38,790 nucleotides of DNA, taken from the NCBI RefSeq assembly GCF_006345805.1, contig NW_021836842.1, forward strand, positions 1 through 38,790, written 5' to 3'. Position numbers and translations under genes: made by a program. The stretch comes from Octopus sinensis. Its lineage: Eukaryota. Under the pieces are notes generated by a model that saw only the letters and a program-made list of their open reading frames with translations, had not been told where the DNA came from and did no database searches. How positions within the stretch are numbered: position 1 is the first letter of the stretch; the number at the start of each line of letters is the position of its first letter. This document shows, one piece after another, positions 34,705-38,790 of this stretch.

Positions 34705-35051
34705 GTATGTGTGTGCGTGTGTGTGCATATATGTATAATTCTTCGTCTATCACGTATCCTTTTCTAAATACAGTATTGTTGATGTTTCACTTCGGAGACA
34801 TGTCAATAATATTAAAACACATGTGTATCTTGTTACTCTATTTCTATAATATCATCAATCGTAAATATATTACATATAATATATGTAAATATATGTGTGT
34901 ATACACATACATGCATATTTACGTAGCTACACACCTACATGCATAAACATTTATATACACACGTACAAATATACATTATACGCATCTATACATGCATACA
35001 CGGTACATATATATATATGTGTATAAATAAATATATGTATGTATATATATG

Positions 35052-35086
<35 letters not shown>

Positions 35087-35417
35087 ATGTGTGTGTGTGT
35101 ATGTTTGTGTGTGTGTGTGTCTGTTTATACATATATATTCGCATAGACATATTCATATATGCATACATGTATATGCACACACACACACACATATATATGC
35201 ATATAGACATGTATACATTTAGGTGTGTCTACGCACACAAACACATACATGTATATGTACATACACACGCACACAGATACAACATACATAATATATATAT
35301 ATATATATAGATCTATATATCTATATATATATAATATATATATGCATGTTATACGTACATACACACACATACATATATATAATATATATATACATTCGAA
35401 CATACATACACACATAT

Positions 35418-35461
<44 letters not shown>

Positions 35462-35959
35462 GCATGTGTACATGCAAACAAAAATACATACATACATCTA
35501 CGAAAAGTAAAATGTCATATGTGATCATATTTCAAATGAAACTTTTCTGGAACAATATGTAATTAAGTGAAAATTCAATTGTTTTTAACCTCTTTAGTTT
35601 TATGAAAACAATCTTTTAATTGTCCTAAACATTTGTTTTAGTCGCTGTTCTCATTTTAGTTTCTTTCATGCAATAGTGTTGCTGCTGCTACTACTGCTGC
35701 TGCTGCTGCCACTACTACTGCTGCTGCCACTGCACTTATCGCTGTGTTGTTGATGTTGTTGCTGTGTTTCTAACAGCGCCATATATTTTTGTGGTCGATG
35801 CTAATTATGGTGGTGGTATCATTTGTATTCGTGATGTTCTTGCTGATGTTTTTTGCTGTTGTTCTCGGCGTTGTCGTGGTTTAACCTCATGCCACTCATC
35901 ATCGAACAGGCCTATGCTCGAATGCTTTCCACCCATGACAGTCCTGTGTTATGTTAAGT

Positions 35960-36027
35960 TCCTTCCTTCTAGAGCCATGTCTGGCTCATAAGTTCGCTGC
36001 TCTAACCTCTGGGGCCATGTGCCTCCA
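35960..36027 (-). mobile_element. Collapsed H1+T2 SINE (head fused directly to the extreme tail)
   Basis: Minus strand tggaggcacatggccccagaggttagagcagcgaac joined to ttatgagccagacatggctctagaagg; compare 25010-25294. Confidence 0.55.
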
Positions 36028-36876
36028 CGTTACGTTAAGTGCCAGGTACGTATGGGTATGTTATCTAACATATCTTTTTTTGGTGAGTATTGTATCATTT
36101 GAGAGTGATCTGGTTGTTATTTCTAACCGCTTGAATGAACCGCGTAAAGGCTTCCCCGCTGATTTGATACTGATTGCATTGACGGGGCAGGAAATGAGAT
36201 CAGTTAGAGAGCAACAGTCGTTCATCTTCAGTTATCTGTGACATTGTGAATCCCTGCATAGTGTTTGATAACTATTTGACGTTATTTGTCCTGCTATGTA
36301 TTTTGGGCGCAAATGGTTCACATATTTCTCTAATTGTCTGTTGGTTATTGGTGAGTCAGTGATAGAGCTTCTATTTGGTTGATCGACAGGTTAACTATAG
36401 CAGCTAAATTTCTTCGAATTACTATTTTAACAGAAGAAAAAGTAAGCACTTTGCAAAATCTCATTCTAAAAATAGAAAAATAACAAGCGTATGTCAGGCG
36501 CTACATCAAAATTCTAAAGCGTCTCCAATGATCTAAATGTGGTGATGTTATCTTGGACTTCCTCTTGTTCTAGTGAATTTTGTTAATGTTTATATTGTTA
36601 ACAGTGAGTCAGTAACATAGTTTGCTCATTGTGGCCGAGAGATTTTGATCATGTGAAAGTTAAAAATTTGGGTTTCATTACTAAACAATTTAGCCCGACT
36701 CCCATTCAGGTTTTATCACTCTTTCCACATCATATAATAATGCTCTCCTAAATTGCGTTATACAGTCATTAACGTAGCATTACAGGCAAATACGCTTATA
36801 ATTCCTGGTAAACCAGGTTATTTGATAAACTCGGATTTCCGCATATGACAGCTTACAAAGCTCACTAATTTTTCTC

Positions 36877-36940
<64 letters not shown>

Positions 36941-37116
36941 TGTGTGTGTGTGTTGTTGTGTTTGTTGTTTGTGTGTGGTTTTGTATGTATAATAAATATG
37001 CATACATATATACTATAATTTATATATACATACATGTATATATGTTATGTATACATACATATATATTTATATACATACATACAAGCATGTATATATATAT
37101 ATATATATATATATCG

Positions 37117-37188
37117 ATAGATAGATAGATAGATAGAGAGACAGATAGATAGATGATAGATAGATAGATAGATAGATTAGATAGATAT

Positions 37189-37225
<37 letters not shown>

Positions 37226-37263
37226 GAGACAGATAGATAGATAGATAGATTAGATAGATAGAT

Positions 37264-37333
<70 letters not shown>

Positions 37334-37340
37334 GATAGAT
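37117..37340. repeat. (GATA)n microsatellite
   Basis: Direct reading. Confidence 0.95.
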
Positions 37341-37630
37341 AAACTGTCTCAGAAAATCTAGTTACCTTATAAAATGAAAATCAGGTTACTGGCAAATCAA
37401 GAGAGGTAAATCAAAAGAGGGGTAGCCAAAATTGAGTCGCGTCAACACTATATCTCGTTTAACAGACTAATGCTTTCCAATTTAACAAAAGGCCACAACC
37501 CTTTTGGGAAGATTAGAATCGATACCAGTATTTATCTGGTATGTTATTTTTCTCAATACCGGAAGGATGAAAAACCAAAACCGATCTCAGTAGGATTTTA
37601 ACGCAGAGCAGAGAAAGGAATATATAAGGA

Positions 37631-38021
37631 CTAGCAGTATTGCCCGGCGTTGCTTGGGTTTGTTTTGACCTTTTAGAATTGGAATTTTTGAAAAGTAAAA
37701 ATTTTGCATTATCTAGCTTGTTATTCTCTTAAATGAACATTTTTCTGGTTGAAATACACCAAAAAATGGCTGCACAGCAGTCAAAAAATTGTAAATAATA
37801 GGGATTTTCATAGAAAAAAAAGCAACTTTTTGATGTAAATAATTTTTGGTGTTAACATGGTCCGATTTGAATTTTGCTTCTACAGAAGGAAGAGCAAGCC
37901 TTCTTCTATCATACTCTCAATTTTGGTCAACTTGCGTCCCAGGGTCTCGGAGGAGATAGTGTTAGTTGAAGGCTACCAAACATGCCATACATAGACAACT
38001 TCAGCTTTATATATAGAGAGA
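37631..38021 (-). mobile_element. Short non-autonomous Helitron, second subfamily
   Basis: Minus strand starts A|TCtctctatatataaagctg and ends caaacccaagcaacgccgggcaatactgCTAG|T. Termini match 14843-15216; the interior differs. Confidence 0.8.
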
Positions 38022-38344
38022 TATAAGAAAAATCTGAAATGTTTGTTGCTTGAGCTTTGTTGAGATTTTTGCGTTCAAGAGCCAGGAACGCCGGAGCATA
38101 TCATCTGACATGTTTTTCAAGAAACTAGTGTGTGATTCGAAGGAAATTTGGTTACTATTTCTAGCCGACAACGTAGAAGCTCCACCACAAACTCATTATC
38201 GATTGTTGATGGTGCTGGCAATGGTATTGTTGTGGTGGGGTTATCAGTCCCAGGAGGAGGAAATAAAATCGAGCTTAGCAGCATTTGAACTCGGTACGAT
38301 GAATAAGCGACGCATTTGAGAAATATTTGAAGAAAATTTTCTAT

Positions 38345-38707
38345 GGGGCGCAGACGTGTCTATGTGGTAAGACGCTTGCTTCTTAACCACATGGTTCCGG
38401 GTTCGGTACTTGGACAAGTGTCTTTTACTATATCGACGGACAGATCTTTGGAGTGGATTTGATAATTGGAAAACGGAAAAAAAACCGTTATATATATATA
38501 TATGTGTGTGTATCTTTGTGTCTGTTTTTGTTCCCAACTACTGTATCAGCAAAAGAGACATATAGAGTAAGTACCAGCCTCATAAAGGAGAAAAACAAAA
38601 AAAATAAAATCTACTGAGGTCGATTCATTCGACTAAAAATCCTTCAAGGCGGTGCTCCAGTATGGCCGCAGAGTAATGATTGAAACAATTGAAAGATGAA
38701 AGATGAA
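38345..38707 (+). mobile_element. Old, degenerate family B SINE
   Basis: ggggcgcagacgtgtctatgtggtaag...aaccacatggttccgggttc head; tail caaggcggtgctccagtatggccgcag...tgaaacaattgaaagatgaaagatg. Confidence 0.7.
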
Positions 38708-38790
38708 GTTCTAAGAGAAATCTTGAGTGGGTGTTGACACAAATTTACTGACTTTTAATCGTAATCGGAAATGATGACAGTACTCACAGT

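Overview
AT-rich, microsatellite- and SINE-saturated animal genomic DNA. The repeat families and composition point to a coleoid cephalopod, most likely Octopus (inference). The only coding sequence I can support is one 203-nt minus-strand internal exon (16383-16585) encoding the complete second LIM domain of a LIM-homeobox gene of the Lhx1/5 (Lim1) class. I found neither the LIM1 exon nor the homeodomain exons, so the rest of the window appears to be two very long introns (>22 kb upstream, >16 kb downstream). These introns hold several tRNA-derived SINE families (my labels: A, B, D, H2T1, H2T2, H1T2), 3' remnants of a CR1-type and an R4/Dong-type LINE, two short non-autonomous Helitrons, and many simple and higher-order repeats. 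The most striking structure is a 221-bp inverted duplication (15697-15917 / 17800-18020, 220/221 identical) that brackets the LIM2 exon. Its single mismatch is a G-U wobble on the gene's sense strand, making it a candidate stem for back-splicing, exon skipping or ADAR editing. Also notable are SINEs bracketed by unusually long direct repeats (~103 bp and 40+ bp), SINEs nested inside the tRNA heads of other SINEs, and a complete 2x2 head/tail module matrix among the SINEs. Nearly all ORFs in the supplied track are microsatellite or SINE artefacts.
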